DNA of 64,000 bases from Eledone cirrhosa (lineage: Eukaryota), in contig OZ024751.1 in the NCBI GenBank assembly GCA_964016885.1, positions 46,252,001 through 46,316,000 on the forward strand, in the 5' to 3' direction. This document shows positions 51,237-64,000 of the stretch, piece by piece. Within the stretch, counting starts at the first letter, position 1; every line of letters begins with the position of its first letter. Under the pieces are notes generated by a model. The model saw nothing but the letters and a program-made list of their open reading frames with translations. It was not told the origin of the DNA and did no database searches. A program made the position numbers and the translations under genes.

Positions 51237-52117
51237 TTACAAGCTCAGACTTTCAATGTATATTCACTTACTCTTCTTTTTTGTGTTCTCATTTCAGTAT
51301 GAATGTGGAGTCGTTGGTTGAGATAAGAAATTACCTTGTGTACATTAGATTCACTGGCCCAGCTTTAGCCTTAATGACCAGTAAATGCTACAACCAAACG
51401 TTGGCTGTCAATTGTTTCAGTGACCAGCAGAGTGAGGACGGAACAGGTAGCTGATGCTGGGTTGAGTTGGGTTTAAATACCCATGGGTTGATGCCTTCTG
51501 TTCTTGAGCTTCATTTCACGTTGCCCCTGTCCACTGAACTAAAAGAAGAAGAAAAAAAAAGCCCTTAACAATACAAGCTTCTGAACTGGCCTCCGATTCA
51601 AGGTGTCTTGGCTATCTAAACCTGCACAGGTGAGAGTTGTAATAATAAAGTCAGAGCCACACAAGAAACGAAAAGAATGATTCTCAACCGATACATCTGT
51701 CCAGGGGCTCGGAGAAGCAAGGAAGGCCACATTAATATCTCATGATGCCACCCACCCCTCTAAAAACAGTACAGTGTCTTGCTCTAAGACTCAACGTGCA
51801 GCTGGAAATCGAATGCACGGCGTTACGATCGTCAGCCAAGCACGCTAACCCCAAAGCCATGCTTCCATTGTCACTACATGTACATGCATGATAATCATGA
51901 CCTATACATGAGTAGTTTGAAATTAGCCTGGGCTAATTACCAGCTTTGGTAGGGTAGGGATCTTTTTTGAATTAGCCTGGGCTGATTACCAGCTTTGATA
52001 GGATGGGCGTCTACATTTACAAATTAGCTTGGTCCGACTACTAACTTAGTGTGGCCGTCATCGTAGTTGGGTTGCCATTTAGCTGCTACATTTTAAAATA
52101 AATTCAAGCGAAATATT

Positions 52118-55100
52118 TGGTGGTGGTGGTGGCGGCTGGGTGGTGTTGGTGGTAGTTGTGGTGGTATTAGTAGTGGTGGTGTTGGTTGTAGTTGTGGTGG
52201 TATTGGTAGTGGCGGTGTTGGTTGTAGTTGTGGTGGTATTGGTAGTGGCGGTGGCGGCTGGGTGGTGTTGGTGGTAGTTGTGGTGGTATTGGTAGTGGTG
52301 GTGGCGGCTGGGTGGTGTTGGTGGTAGTTGTGGTGGTATTAGTAGTGGTGGTGTTGGTTGTAGTTGTGGTGGTATTGGTAGTGGTGGTGTTGGTGGTATG
52401 GTGGTATTGGTAGTGGCGGCGGCGGCTGGGTGCTGTTGGTGGTAGTTGTGGTGGTATTGGTAGTGGTGGTGGCGGCTGGGTGGTGTTGGTGGTAGTTGTG
52501 GTGGTATTGGTAGTGGCGGTGGCAGCTGGGTGCTGTTGGTGGTAGTTGTGGTGGTGGCGGCTGGGCGGTGTTGGTGGTAGTTGTGGTGGTGATGGTAGTG
52601 GCGGTGTTGGTGGTAGTTGTGGTGGTGATGGTAGTGGCGGTGGCGGCTGGGCGGTGTTGGTGGTAGTTGTGGTGGTATTGGTAGTGGCGGTGGCGGCTGG
52701 GCGGTGTTGGTGGTAGTTGTGGTAGTGGCGGCTTGGTGGTGTTGGTGGTAGTTGTGGCGGTGGCGGCTGGGCGGTGTTGGTGGTAGTTGTGGTGGTGATG
52801 GTAGTGGCGGTGGCGGCTGGGCGGTGTTGGTGGTAGTTGTGGTGGTATTGGTAGTGGTGGTGGCGGCTGGGCGGTGTTGGTGGTAGTTGTGGTAGTGGCG
52901 GCTTGGTGGTGTTGGTGGTAGTTGTGGTGGTATTGGTAGTGGTGGTGTTGGTTGTAGTTGTGGTGGTATTGGTAGTGGTGGAGGCGGCTGGGTGGTGTTG
53001 GTGGTAGTTGTGGTGGTATTGGTAGTGGTGGTGTTGGTTGTAGTTGTGGTGGTATTGGTAGTGGTGGAGGCGGCTGGGTGGTGTTGGTGGTAGTTGTGGT
53101 GGTATTGGTAGTAGCGGTGGCGGCTGGGTGGTGTTGGTGGTAGTTGTGGTGGTATTGGTAGTGGTGGTGTTGGTTGTAGTTGTGGTGGTATTGGTAGTGG
53201 TGGAGGCGGCTGGGCGGTGTTGGTGGTAGTTGTGGTGGTGGCGGCTGGGTGGTGTTGGTGGTAGTTGTGGTGGTATTGGTAGTGGTGGTATTGGTGGTAG
53301 TTGTGGTGGTATTGGTAGTGGCGGTGGTGGCTGGGCGGTGTTGGTGGTAGTTGTGGTGGTGGCGGCTGGGTGGTGTTGGTGGTAGTTGTGGTGGTATTAG
53401 TAGTGGTGGTATTGGTGGTAGTTGTGGTGGTATTGGTAGTAGCGGTGGCGGCTGGGCGGTGTTGGTGGTAGTTGTGGTGGTGGCGGCTGGGTGGTGTTGG
53501 TGGTAGTTGTGGTGGTATTAGTAGTGGTGGTATTGGTGGTAGTTGTGGTGGTATTGGTAGTGGCGGTGGTGGCTGGGCGGTGTTGGTGGTAGTTGTGGTG
53601 GTATTAGTAGTAGCGGTGGCGGCTGGGCGGTGTTGGTGGTAGTTGTGGTGGTGGCGGCTGGGTGGTGTTGGTGGTAGTTGTGGCGGTGGCGGCTGGGCGG
53701 TGTTGGTGGTAGTTGTGGTGGTGATGGTAGTGGCGGTGGCGGCTGGGCGGTGTTGGTGGTAGTTGTGGTGGTATTGGTAGTGGCGGTGGCGGCTGGGCGG
53801 TGTTGGTGGTAGTTGTGGCGGTGGCGGCTGGGCGGTGTTGGTGGTAGTTGTGGTGGTGGCGGCTGGGTGGTGTTGGTGGTAGTTGTGGTGGTGATGGTAG
53901 TGGCGGTGGCGGCTGGGCGGTGTTGGTGGTAGTTGTGGTGGCATGGTAGTGGCGGTGGCGGCTGGGCGGTGTTGGTGGTAGTTGTGGTGGTATTGGTAGT
54001 GGCGGTGGCGGCTGGGCGGTGTTGGTAGTAGTTGTGGTGGTATTGGTAGTGGCGGTGGCGGCTGGGCGGTGTTGGTGGTAGTTGTGGCGGTGGCGGCTGG
54101 GCGGTGTTGGTGGTAGTTGTGGTGGTATTGGTAGTGGCGGTGGCGGCTGGGCGGTGTTGGTAGTAGTTGTGGTGGTGGCGGCTGGGTGGTGTTGGTGGTA
54201 GTTGTGGTGGTGGCGGCTGGGTGGTGTTGGTTGTAGTTGTGGTGGTATTAGTAGTAGCGGTGGCGGCTGGGGGGTGTTGGTGGTAGTTGTGGTGGTATGG
54301 TAGTGGCGGTGGCGGCTGGGCGGTGTTGGTGGTAGTTGTGGTGGTATTGGTAGTGGCGGTGGCGGCTGGGCGGTGTTGGTAGTAGTTGTGGTGGTATTGG
54401 TAGTGGCGGTGGCGGCTGGGCGGTGTTGGTGGTAGTTGTGGCGGTGGCGGCTGGGCGGTGTTGGTGGTAGTTGTGGTGGTATTGGTAGTGGCGGTGGCGG
54501 CTGGGCGGTGTTGGTAGTAGTTGTGGTGGTGGCGGCTGGGTGGTGTTGGTGGTAGTTGTGGTGGTGGCGGCTGGGTGGTGTTGGTGGTAGTTGTGGTGGT
54601 ATTAGTAGTAGCGGTGGCGGCTGGGCGGTGTTGGTGGTAGTTGTGGCGGTGGCGGCTGGGCGGTGTTGGTGGTAGTTGTGGTGGTGGCGGCTGGGTGGTG
54701 TTGGTGGTAGTTGTGGTGGTATTGGTAGTAGCGGTGGCGGCTGGGCGGTGTTGGTGGTAGTTGTGGCGGTGGCGGCTGGGCGGTGTTGGTGGTAGTTGTG
54801 GTGGTGATGGTAGTGGCGGTGGCGGCTGGGCGGTGTTGGTGGTAGTTGTGGCGGTGGCGGCTGGGCGGTGTTGGTGGTAGTTGTGGTGGTGATGATAGTG
54901 GCGGTGGCGGCTGGGCGGTGTTGGTGGTAGTTGTGGTGGTATTGGTAGTGGCGGTGGCGGCTGGGCGGTGTTGGTGGTAGTTGTGGTGGTGGCGGCTGGG
55001 CGGTGTTGGTGGTAGTTGTGGTGGTGGCGGCTGGGCGGTGTTGGTGGTAGTTGTGGCGGTGGCGGCTGGGCGGTGTTGGTGGTAGTTGTGGCGGTGGCGG

Positions 55101-58100
55101 CTGGGCGGTGTTGGTGGTAGTTGTGGTGGTATTGGTAGTGGCGGTGGCGGCTGGGCGGTGTTGGTGGTAGTTGTGGCGGTGGCGGCTGGGTGGTGTTGGT
55201 GGTAGTTGTGGTGGTATTGGTAGTGGCGGTGGCGGCTGGGCGGTGTTGGTGGTAGTTGTGGTGGTGGCGGCTGGGTGGTGTTGGTGGTAGTTGTGGTGGT
55301 ATTGGTAGTAGCGGTGGCGGCTGGGCGGTGTTGGTGGTAGTTGTGGCGGTGGCGGCTGGGTGGTGTTGGTGGTAGTTGTGGTGGTATTGGTAGTGGCGGT
55401 GGCGGCTGGGCGGTGTTGGTGGTAGTTGTGGTGGTGGCGGCTGGGTGGTGTTGGTGGTAGTTGTGGTGGTATTGGTAGTAGCGGTGGCGGCTGGGCGGTG
55501 TTGGTGGTAGTTGTGGCGGTGGCGGCTGGGTGGTGTTGGTGGTAGTTGTGGTGGTATTGGTAGTGGCGGTGGCGGCTGGGCGGTGTTGGTGGTAGTTGTG
55601 GTGGTATTGGTAGTAGCGGTGGCGGCTGGGCGGTGTTGGTGGTAGTTGTGGCGGTGGCGGCTGGGTGGTGTTGGTGGTAGTTGTGGTGGTATTGGTAGTA
55701 GCGGTGGCGGCTGGGCGGTGTTGGTGGTAGTTGTGGCGGTGGCGGCTGGGCGGTGTTGGTGGTAGTTGTGGTGGTGATGGTAGTGGCGGTGGCGGCTGGG
55801 CGGTGTTGGTGGTAGTTGTGGCGGTGGCGGCTGGGCGGTGTTGGTGGTAGTTGTGGTGGTGATGGTAGTGGCGGTGGCAGCTGGGCGGTGTTGGTGGTAG
55901 TTGTGGCGGTGGCGGCTGGGCGGTGTTGGTGGTAGTTGTGGTGGTGGCGGCTGGGCGGTGTTGGTGGTAGTTGTGGCGGTGGCGGCTGGGCGGTGTTGGT
56001 GGTAGTTGTGGCGGTGGCGGCTGGGCGGTGTTGGTGGTAGTTGTGGTGGTATTGGTAGTGGCGGTGGCGGCTGGGCGGTGTTGGTGGTAGTTGTGGTGGT
56101 GGCGGCTGGGTGGTGTTGGTGGTAGTTGTGGTGGTATTGGTAGTAGCGGTGGCGGCTGGGCGGTGTTGGTGGTAGTTGTGGCGGTGGCGGCTGGGCGGTG
56201 TTGGTGGTAGTTGTGGTGGTGATGGTAGTGGCGGTGGCGGTTGGGCGGTGTTGGTGGTAGTTGTGGCGGTGGCGGCTGGGCGGTGTTGGTGGTAGTTGTG
56301 GTGGTGATGGTAGTGGCGGTGGCAGCTGGGCGGTGTTGGTGGTAGTTGTGGCGGTGGCGGCTGGGCGGTGTTGGTGGTAGTTGTGGTGGTGGCGGCTGGG
56401 CGGTGTTGGTGGTAGTTGTGGCGGTGGCGGCTGGGCGGTGTTGGTGGTAGTTGTAGTGGTATTGGTAGTGGCGGTGGCGGCTGGGCGGTGTTGGTGGTAG
56501 TTGTGGCGGTGGCGGCTGGGCGGTGTTGGTGGTAGTTGTGGTGGTATTGGTAGTGGCGGTGGCGGCTGGGCGGTGTTGGTGGTAGTTGTGGTGGTATTGG
56601 TAGTAGCGGTGGCGGCTGGGCGGTGTTGGTGGTAGTTGTGGTGGTGGCGGCTGGGTGGTGTTGGTGGTAGTTGTGGTGGTATTGGTAGTAGCGGTGGCGG
56701 CTGGGCGGTGTTGGTGGTAGTTGTGGTGGTATTGGTAGTAGCGGTGGCGGCTGGGCGGTGTTGGTGGTAGTTGTGGTGGCGGCGGCTGGGTGGTGTTGGT
56801 GGTAGTTGTGGTGGTGGCGGCTGGGTGGTGTTGGTGGTAGTTGTGGTGGTATTGGTAGTGGCGGTGGCGGCTGGGCGGTGTTGGTGGTAGTTGTGGTGGT
56901 GGCGGCTGGGTGGTGTTGGTGGTAGTTGTGGTGGTATTGGTAGTGGCGGTGGCGGCTGGGCGGTGTTGGTGGTAGTTGTGGTGGTGGCGGCTGGGTGGTG
57001 TTGGTGGTAGTTGTGGTGGTGGCGGCTGGGTGGTGTTGGTGGTAGTTGTGGTGGTATTGGTAGTAGCGGTGGCGGCTGGGCGGTGTTGGTGGTAGTTGTG
57101 GTGGTATTGGTAGTGGCGGCTGGGCGGTGTTGGTGGTAGTTGTGGCGGTGGCGGCTGGGCGGTGTTGGTGGTAGTTTAGTGGTATTGGTAGTGGCGGTGG
57201 CGGCTGGGCGGTGTTGGTGGTAGTTGTGGTGGTGGCGGCTGGGTGGTGTTGGTGGTAGTTGTGGTGGTGGCGGCTGGGTGGTGTTGGTGGTAGTTGTGGT
57301 GGTATTGGTAGTGGCGGTGGCGGCTGGGCGGTGTTGGTGGTAGTTGTGGTGGTGGCGGCTGGGTGGTGTTGGTGGTAGTTGTGGTGGTGGCGGCTGGGTG
57401 GTGTTGGTGGTAGTTGTGGTGGTATTGGTAGTGGCGGTGGCGGCTGGGCGGTGTTGGTGGTAGTTGTGGTGGTGGCGGCTGGGTGGTGTTGGTGGTAGTT
57501 GTGGTGGTGGCGGCTGGGTGGTGTTGGTGGTAGTTGTGGTGGTATTGGTAGTAGCGGTGGCGGCTGGGCGGTGTTGGTGGTAGTTGTGGTGGTATTGGTA
57601 GTGGCGGCTGGGCGGTGTTGGTGGTAGTTGTGGTGGTATTGGTAGTGGCGGCTGGGTGGTGTTGGTGGTAGTTTAGTGGTATTGGTAGTGGCGGTGGCGG
57701 CTGGGCGGTGTTGGTGGTAGTTGTGGTGGTATTGGTAGTAGCGGTGGCGGCTGGGCGGTGTTGGTGGTAGTTGTGGTGGTGGCGGCTGGGTGGTGTTGGT
57801 GGTAGTTGTGGTGGTATTGGTAGTAGCGGTGGCGGCTGGGCGGTGTTGGTGGTAGTTGTGGTGGTATTGGTAGTAGCGGTGGCGGCTGGGCGGTGTTGGT
57901 GGTAGTTGTGGTGGTATTGGTAGTAGCGATGGCGGCTGGGCGGTGTTGGTGGTAGTTGTGGTGGTATTGGTAGTAGCGATGGCGGCTGGGCGGTGTTGGT
58001 GGTAGTTGTGGTGGTGGCGGCTGGGTGGTGTTGGTGGTAGTTGTGGTGGTATTGGTAGTAGCGATGGCGGCTGGGCGGTGTTGGTGGTAGTTGTGGTGGT

Positions 58101-60782
58101 GGCGGCTGGGTGGTGTTGGTGGTAGTTGTGGTGGTATTGGTAGTAGCGATGGCGGCTGGGCGGTGTTGGTGGTAGTTGTGGTGGTATTGGTAGTAGCGGT
58201 GGCGGCTGGGCGGTGTTGGTGGTAGTTGTGGTGGTATTGGTAGTAGCGATGGCGGCTGGGCGGTGTTGGTGGTAGTTGTGGTGGTGGCGGCTGGGTGGTG
58301 TTGGTGGTAGTTGTGGTGGTATTGGTAGTAGCGATGGCGGCTGGGCGGTGTTGGTGGTAGTTGTGGTGGTATTGGTAGTAGCGATGGCGGCTGGGCGGTG
58401 TTGGTGGTAGTTGTGGTGGTGGCGGCTGGGTGGTGTTGGTGGTAGTTGTGGTGGTATTGGTAGTAGCGGTGGCGGCTGGGCGGTGTTGGTGGTAGTTGTG
58501 GTGGTATTGGTAGTAGCGGTGGCGGCTGGGCGGTGTTGGTGGTAGTTGTGGTGGTGGCGGCTGGGTGGTGTTGGTGGTAGTTGTGGTGGTGGCGGCTGGG
58601 TGGTGTTGGTGGTAGTTGTGGTGGTATTGGTAGTGGCGGTGGCGGCTGGGCGGTGTTGGTGGTAGTTGTGGTGGTGGCGGCTGGGTGGTGTTGGTGGTAG
58701 TTGTGGTGGTATTGGTAGTAGCGGTGGCGGCTGGGCGGTGTTGGTGGTAGTTGTGGCGGTGGCGGCTGGGTGGTGTTGGTGGTAGTTGTGGTGGTATTGG
58801 TAGTGGCGGTGGCGGCTGGGCGGTGTTGGTGGTAGTTGTGGTGGTGGCGGCTGGGTGGTGTTGGTGGTAGTTGTGGTGGTATTGGTAGTGGCGGTGGCGG
58901 CTGGGCGGTGTTGGTGGTAGTTGTGGTGGTATTGGTAGTAGCGGTGGCGGCTGGGCGGTGTTGGTGGTAGTTGTGGCGGTGGCGGCTGGGTGGTGTTGGT
59001 GGTAGTTGTGGTGGTATTGGTAGTAGCGGTGGCGGCTGGGCGGTGTTGGTGGTAGTTGTGGCGGTGGCGGCTGGGCGGTGTTGGTGGTAGTTGTGGTGGT
59101 GATGGTAGTGGCGGTGGCGGCTGGGCGGTGTTGGTGGTAGTTGTGGCGGTGGCGGCTGGGCGGTGTTGGTGGTAGTTGTGGCGGTGGCGGCTGGGCGGTG
59201 TTGGTGGTAGTTGTGGTGGTATTGGTAGTGGCGGTGGCGGCTGGGCGGTGTTGGTGGTAGTTGTGGTGGTGGCGGCTGGGTGGTGTTGGTGGTAGTTGTG
59301 GTGGTATTGGTAGTGGCGGTGGCGGCTGGGCGGTGTTGGTGGTAGTTGTGGTGGTGGTGGCTGGGTGGTGTTGGTGGTAGTTGTGGTGGTATTGGTAGTG
59401 GCGGTGGCGGCTGGGCGGTGTTGGTGGTAGTTGTGGTGGTGGCGGCTGGGTGGTGTTGGTGGTAGTTGTGGTGGTGGCGGCTGGGTGGTGTTGGTGGTAG
59501 TTGTGGTGGTATTGGTAGTAGCGGTGGCGGCTGGGCGGTGTTGGTGGTAGTTGTGGTGGTGGCGGCTGGGTGGTGTTGGTGGTAGTTGTGGTGGTGGCGG
59601 CTGGGTGGTGTTGGTGGTAGTTGTGGTGGTATTGGTAGTAGCGGTGGCGGCTGGGCGGTGTTGGTGGTAGTTGTGGTGGTGGCGGCTGGGTGGTGTTGGT
59701 GGTAGTTGTGGTGGTGGCGGCTGGGCGGTGTTGGTGGTAGTTGTGGTGGTATTGGTAGTAGCGGTGGCGGCTGGGCGGTGTTGGTGGTAGTTGTGGTGGT
59801 GGCGGCTGGGTGGTGTTGGTGGTAGTTGTGGTGGTGGCGGCTGGGTGGTGTTGGTGGTAGTTGTGGTGGTATTGGTAGTAGCGGTGGCGGCTGGGCGGTG
59901 TTGGTGGTAGTTGTGGTGGTGGCGGCTGGGTGGTGTTGGTGGTAGTTGTGGTGGTGGCGGCTGGGTGGTGTTGGTGGTAGTTGTGGTGGTATTGGTAGTA
60001 GCGGTGGCGGCTGGGTGGTGTTGGTGGTAGTTGTGGTGGTATTGGTAGTAGCGGTGGCGGCTGGGCGGTGTTGGTGGTAGTTGTGGTGGTGATGGTAGTG
60101 GCGGTGGCGGCTGGGCGGTGTTGGTGGTAGTTGTGGCGGTGGCGGCTGGGCGGTGTTGGTGGTAGTTGTGGTGGTGATGGTAGTGGCGGTGGCGGCTGGG
60201 CGGTGTTGGTGGTAGTTGTGGCGGTGGCGGCTGGGCGGTGTTGGTGGTAGTTGTGGTGGTATTGGTAGTGGCGGTGGCGGCTGGGCGGTGTTGGTGGTAG
60301 TTGTGGCGGTGGCGGCTGGGCGGTGTTGGTGGTAGTTGTGGTGGTGGCGGCTGGGTGGTGTTGGTGGTAGTTGTGGTGGTATTGGTAGTGGCGGTGGCGG
60401 CTGGGCGGTGTTGGTGGTAGTTGTGGCGGTGGCGGCTGGGCGGTGTTGGTGGTAGTTGTGGTGGTGATGGTAGTGACGGTGGCGGCTGGGCGGTGTTGGT
60501 GGTAGTTGTGGTGGTGATGGTAGTGGCGGTGGCGACTGGGCGGTGTTGGTGGTAGTTGTGGTGTTGTTGGTAGTGGCGGTGGCGGCTGGGCGGTGTTGGT
60601 GGTAGTTGTGGTGGTATTGGTAGTGGTGGTGGCGACTGGGTGGTGTTGGTGGTAGTTGTGGTGGTATTAGTAGTGGTGGTGTTGGTAGTTGTGGTGGTGT
60701 TGGTAGTGCTGGTGGCGGCTGGGTGGTTTTGGTGGTAGTTGTGATGTTTTAGTTGTCGGTGGTGGTGGTGGTGGTGGTGGGG
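52118..60782. repeat. 8.7-kb G-rich minisatellite built from 35-bp and 50-bp units
   Basis: ggcggctgggcggtgttggtggtagttgtggtggt with or without attggtagtggcggt; e.g. units start at 55231, 55266 and 55316. Confidence 0.95.
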
Positions 60783-61272
60783 GTGATAGACCTAGCTGTC
60801 TGTCAGTCTGCTAGTGTATATAATATAATATTTTATATATAATGTAATAATGTAATGTAGGTCATCTGTGAATACTTAAGTTATGGTAGGATTGGATTGT
60901 AGTTGAGTGAACAGTTTGTGAAAGATGTCGAATGTAAATTTAGTTGCGTATCTGTTTTCTTTCTCCTTTGTCCTTACTAACAGAGAGAAGAAGAAAGGAA
61001 GGAAAGAAGGAAGGAAGGAAGAAATCTAATAAACCCCAACATAACTACGATCTGCTGAACCCCACCCTCAAATCTGTTTCCTGAAATCACTCTTTATATT
61101 TTTTTTACTGTTTCTAGAGGTTTCAGTCATTAGACCGTGGCCATACTGGGGCACCACCTTAAACGTATTTACAAAATCATATGATATCGACCTCAAATCT
61201 GAAACTTATGGTTTTTTTTTAAAAACCTGGTACATATTATTATTGTTATTATCACTATTGTTATCTGATGTG

Positions 61273-61500
61273 AGGGTGGTGGATTGGTATTAATCGGTAG
61301 AGCGTCGGGCGCCATGCTTTGCAACATAGAGTTACGGCCCTTTACGTTCTGACTTCAAATCCCGCCGAGGTTAGCTTTGCTTTTCATACTTACCGGATCA
61401 AAGTATAAAATAAAGTACCAGTCACGCACTGGGGTCGAATTAATCGACTTTCCCCACCCGCCAAAAATGTTGGCCTTGTGCCTATAATAGAAACAATTAT
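61273..61500 (+). mobile_element. Family-A SINE
   Basis: Full head, core and tail. Confidence 0.85.
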
Positions 61501-62559
61501 TAGTATTGTTGTTGTTGTTTCCGATGAGAATTTATTAACAAGAATTTACAGAGGTGTCAACAAAGAGTGAAAATAAAGGAAAAGACAGAGAACGAAATGG
61601 TAGGGCTGGAGGTTTGTCAAACTCTACACCTTTGTACAAGGGCCTTATTTCAGGGAGGTACCAGGGGACAAGTCCCCCACCCCCACACACACATACTTTT
61701 TCAAACGTCTATATTTAATTTTTTGTTTATTTTATATAATAAATCCTTTTAAGCTTTTTTTTTTTTTTTATATATATATGAACTTCATTTTATCCAGTGA
61801 AAAGACAAAGGCTGGTTCAACTTAATACACGTCTCAACACAACATACTTCCCCCATTAGTTGAGCTCAAGTAACATAAAGTTAAATTAAAAGTCTTGTTC
61901 AAGAGCACAACATCATCTCTCCCCCACCACACCTCCCATCGATCCCATAGATCGAACGCATAACGTTACGATCGTGAACCGAACACTTTAATTTTTAAGC
62001 CACTTACCGAGAGAAAGAGAGAGTGGGAGGGAGAAATTGATAGATAGGTAGATAGATAGATAGATAAATAGACAGGGAGAGTGAGAGGGAGAGATAGACA
62101 GAGCGAGAGAGAGTGAACGGGAGAGATACACAGAGAAAGGCAGAGATAGAGAGGGAAAGCGAGAGTGAGACGGAGAGAGACAGACAGACAGAAAGAAAAA
62201 AAGAACGAGAAAGAGAGCGAGAAAGAGAGAGGGAGAGAAAGACAGACAGAAAGAGAGAGAAAGAGAAAGAGAAAGAGAGAGGTATACAAAACGAAAGAAA
62301 AAAAAGCTCTCAACAAGTTTTGTAGATTCTATTCGTTTGAGTATAAACAAATAACTCGATATCGCATAAGTTGCAGTATAACAGGTGGAAATACACATTG
62401 ATTCGTTCAGAAGCAAGACTGATTGTATTGGCTGATACAATTAAATAACTGATATCTATGTTATATAAATACTTAATTATGGTTGTCAACGAAGATGCTG
62501 AAGTTTGCTCCAGTTTTTCTCACACCCTTTTAATCTATTGAAGTCGTAAAATGTGTGAG

Positions 62560-62770
62560 AGAGTCCGGGATTCAACCGGGGGTAACCACAGTGAGTAAGG
62601 TACTCAATACATTAGTATTGTATACATTAGAGTGTATACAACAAAATTTAATACAGAAATGGTTTCTACAGGACTAGAACTACAGGACTAGAACAGGAAG
62701 GCCCTGATGATTTCCTTCGAATGAAGCAATTCTTCTAGTCTTGTAGAAGCTATTTCTATATTAGATTTTG

Positions 62771-62772
<2 letters not shown>
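62560..62772. mobile_element. Fold-back copy of the 20995-type hammerhead element
   Basis: An antisense arm is followed by the sense CTGATGA(62704)-tttccttcgaat-GAAGC...GTA-gaag, then (TA)n. The core is mutated (GAAG). Confidence 0.7.
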
Positions 62773-62859
<87 letters not shown>

Positions 62860-62863
<4 letters not shown>

Positions 62864-64000
62864 TTTTGAATTTTCCGTTGAAAATTGAAAAAGTCATAGG
62901 AGTGAAGAGTGCTCTATGTAAGTACCAGAGCAAAATTTAATGTATAATAAACAATACAATATAATTACCTCATTACCAGAGGTTTCCCGAATAAGACGAA
63001 TACGAAAAACGTCCTCATTCGTTCATCGGACAAGGCAATTTAAAACATAGTGAAATATTTAAAAAGTCTCCTCAAGAAAGGCAAGAGTTTAACGGGCAAA
63101 AAATATATAAATAAAAGTAATGCAAGAGATATATAAAAAAATAAGGAAATATAGTTAGGGTATGTGTATATGTATGTATATACACTCACAAATGTACATA
63201 TGTGTGGATGTACAAATGCATGTGTATGGTGAAAATGTGTGCGTAAGTACAAATACGTATATAATATGAGTTGAAAAAGAAAGTGTAAGATATTATGGTT
63301 AACACGCATCCAGATACAGGTATTAAATACACATACGACTATGAAAGCACGCGTATAAACACACACACACCCGCGGCCACTTATATGCGGAAGATAAAGA
63401 GGGAAGGGAGTGCAATAGTAAAAAGAAGTGTCATTCTTGATATATGTATAAAATTGAAACAATATATGAGAATGAAAAAAAAATTTTAAATCAAAGAGAA
63501 AGTAATCAATTAACACTAGAAAAAAGAAAACAAACATAGGTACGCACGTACACACACATATATATATATAAATATTTATACACACAAATACGTACAGACA
63601 AAAGCGCATCCATGCGCACATACATACACACGAGGCACGTATATATATATATCGCCCCATGTATATCTAATCACACGTACGTACGCGACTATACATATAT
63701 ATATATACATATACACACACACCCATACATATGTATACATATGCACACATATACATACACATACACATACATTCACCCGCATACACACACACACGTATAA
63801 ATAAGTATGTAAAAAAACTAGATATAAAAACACACATACACACACATATATATACGTACGCACGCACACATACGGAGGCGTTCGTATACATATACAGAAC
63901 GTATACACACATATGCACACTCACACGCATAGATACAGATTATAAACCAGCCGTATGCATAAATGAGTACAAATATAAAATCGGCTGCGAAACAACAGAA
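62860..64000 (-). mobile_element. Longer copy of the 34608 hammerhead-bearing element; 5' extent uncertain, may run to the window end
   Basis: Highly similar to 34608-35270 over about 590 bp, then CA/TA-rich sequence. Confidence 0.7.

Noticed and set aside
52079-53944. 621-aa Pro/Thr/His-rich ORF
   Set aside because: The 35- and 50-bp units are not multiples of 3, so the peptide cycles through all three frames of a stop-poor strand.

Overview
This is repeat-saturated, gene-poor eukaryotic DNA. The SINE families and microsatellite load suggest an octopus-like cephalopod (inference). No complete host gene is supported. The window holds: (1) a young, 5'-truncated Tx1/L1-clade LINE and a tiny second copy, both embedded in (CCTA)n arrays; (2) a Penelope-like element (RT + GIY-YIG) with a precise 5' inversion; (3) RTE and CR1/L2 relics; (4) two mariner elements, one with a nested Helitron, plus a second Helitron and several MITEs; (5) about 15 tRNA-derived SINEs, many minisatellites and two multi-kb G/T-rich arrays. 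The most unusual signal is about a dozen type I hammerhead-ribozyme motifs in short non-coding elements. These sit in (TA)n tracts and share a recurring architecture: an inverted 'head', a fold-back or direct terminal repeat, and a fixed 3' end. That suggests a diverse Penelope-pLTR/retrozyme-like system. All folds and alignments were done by eye, and coordinates are approximate to a few bases.
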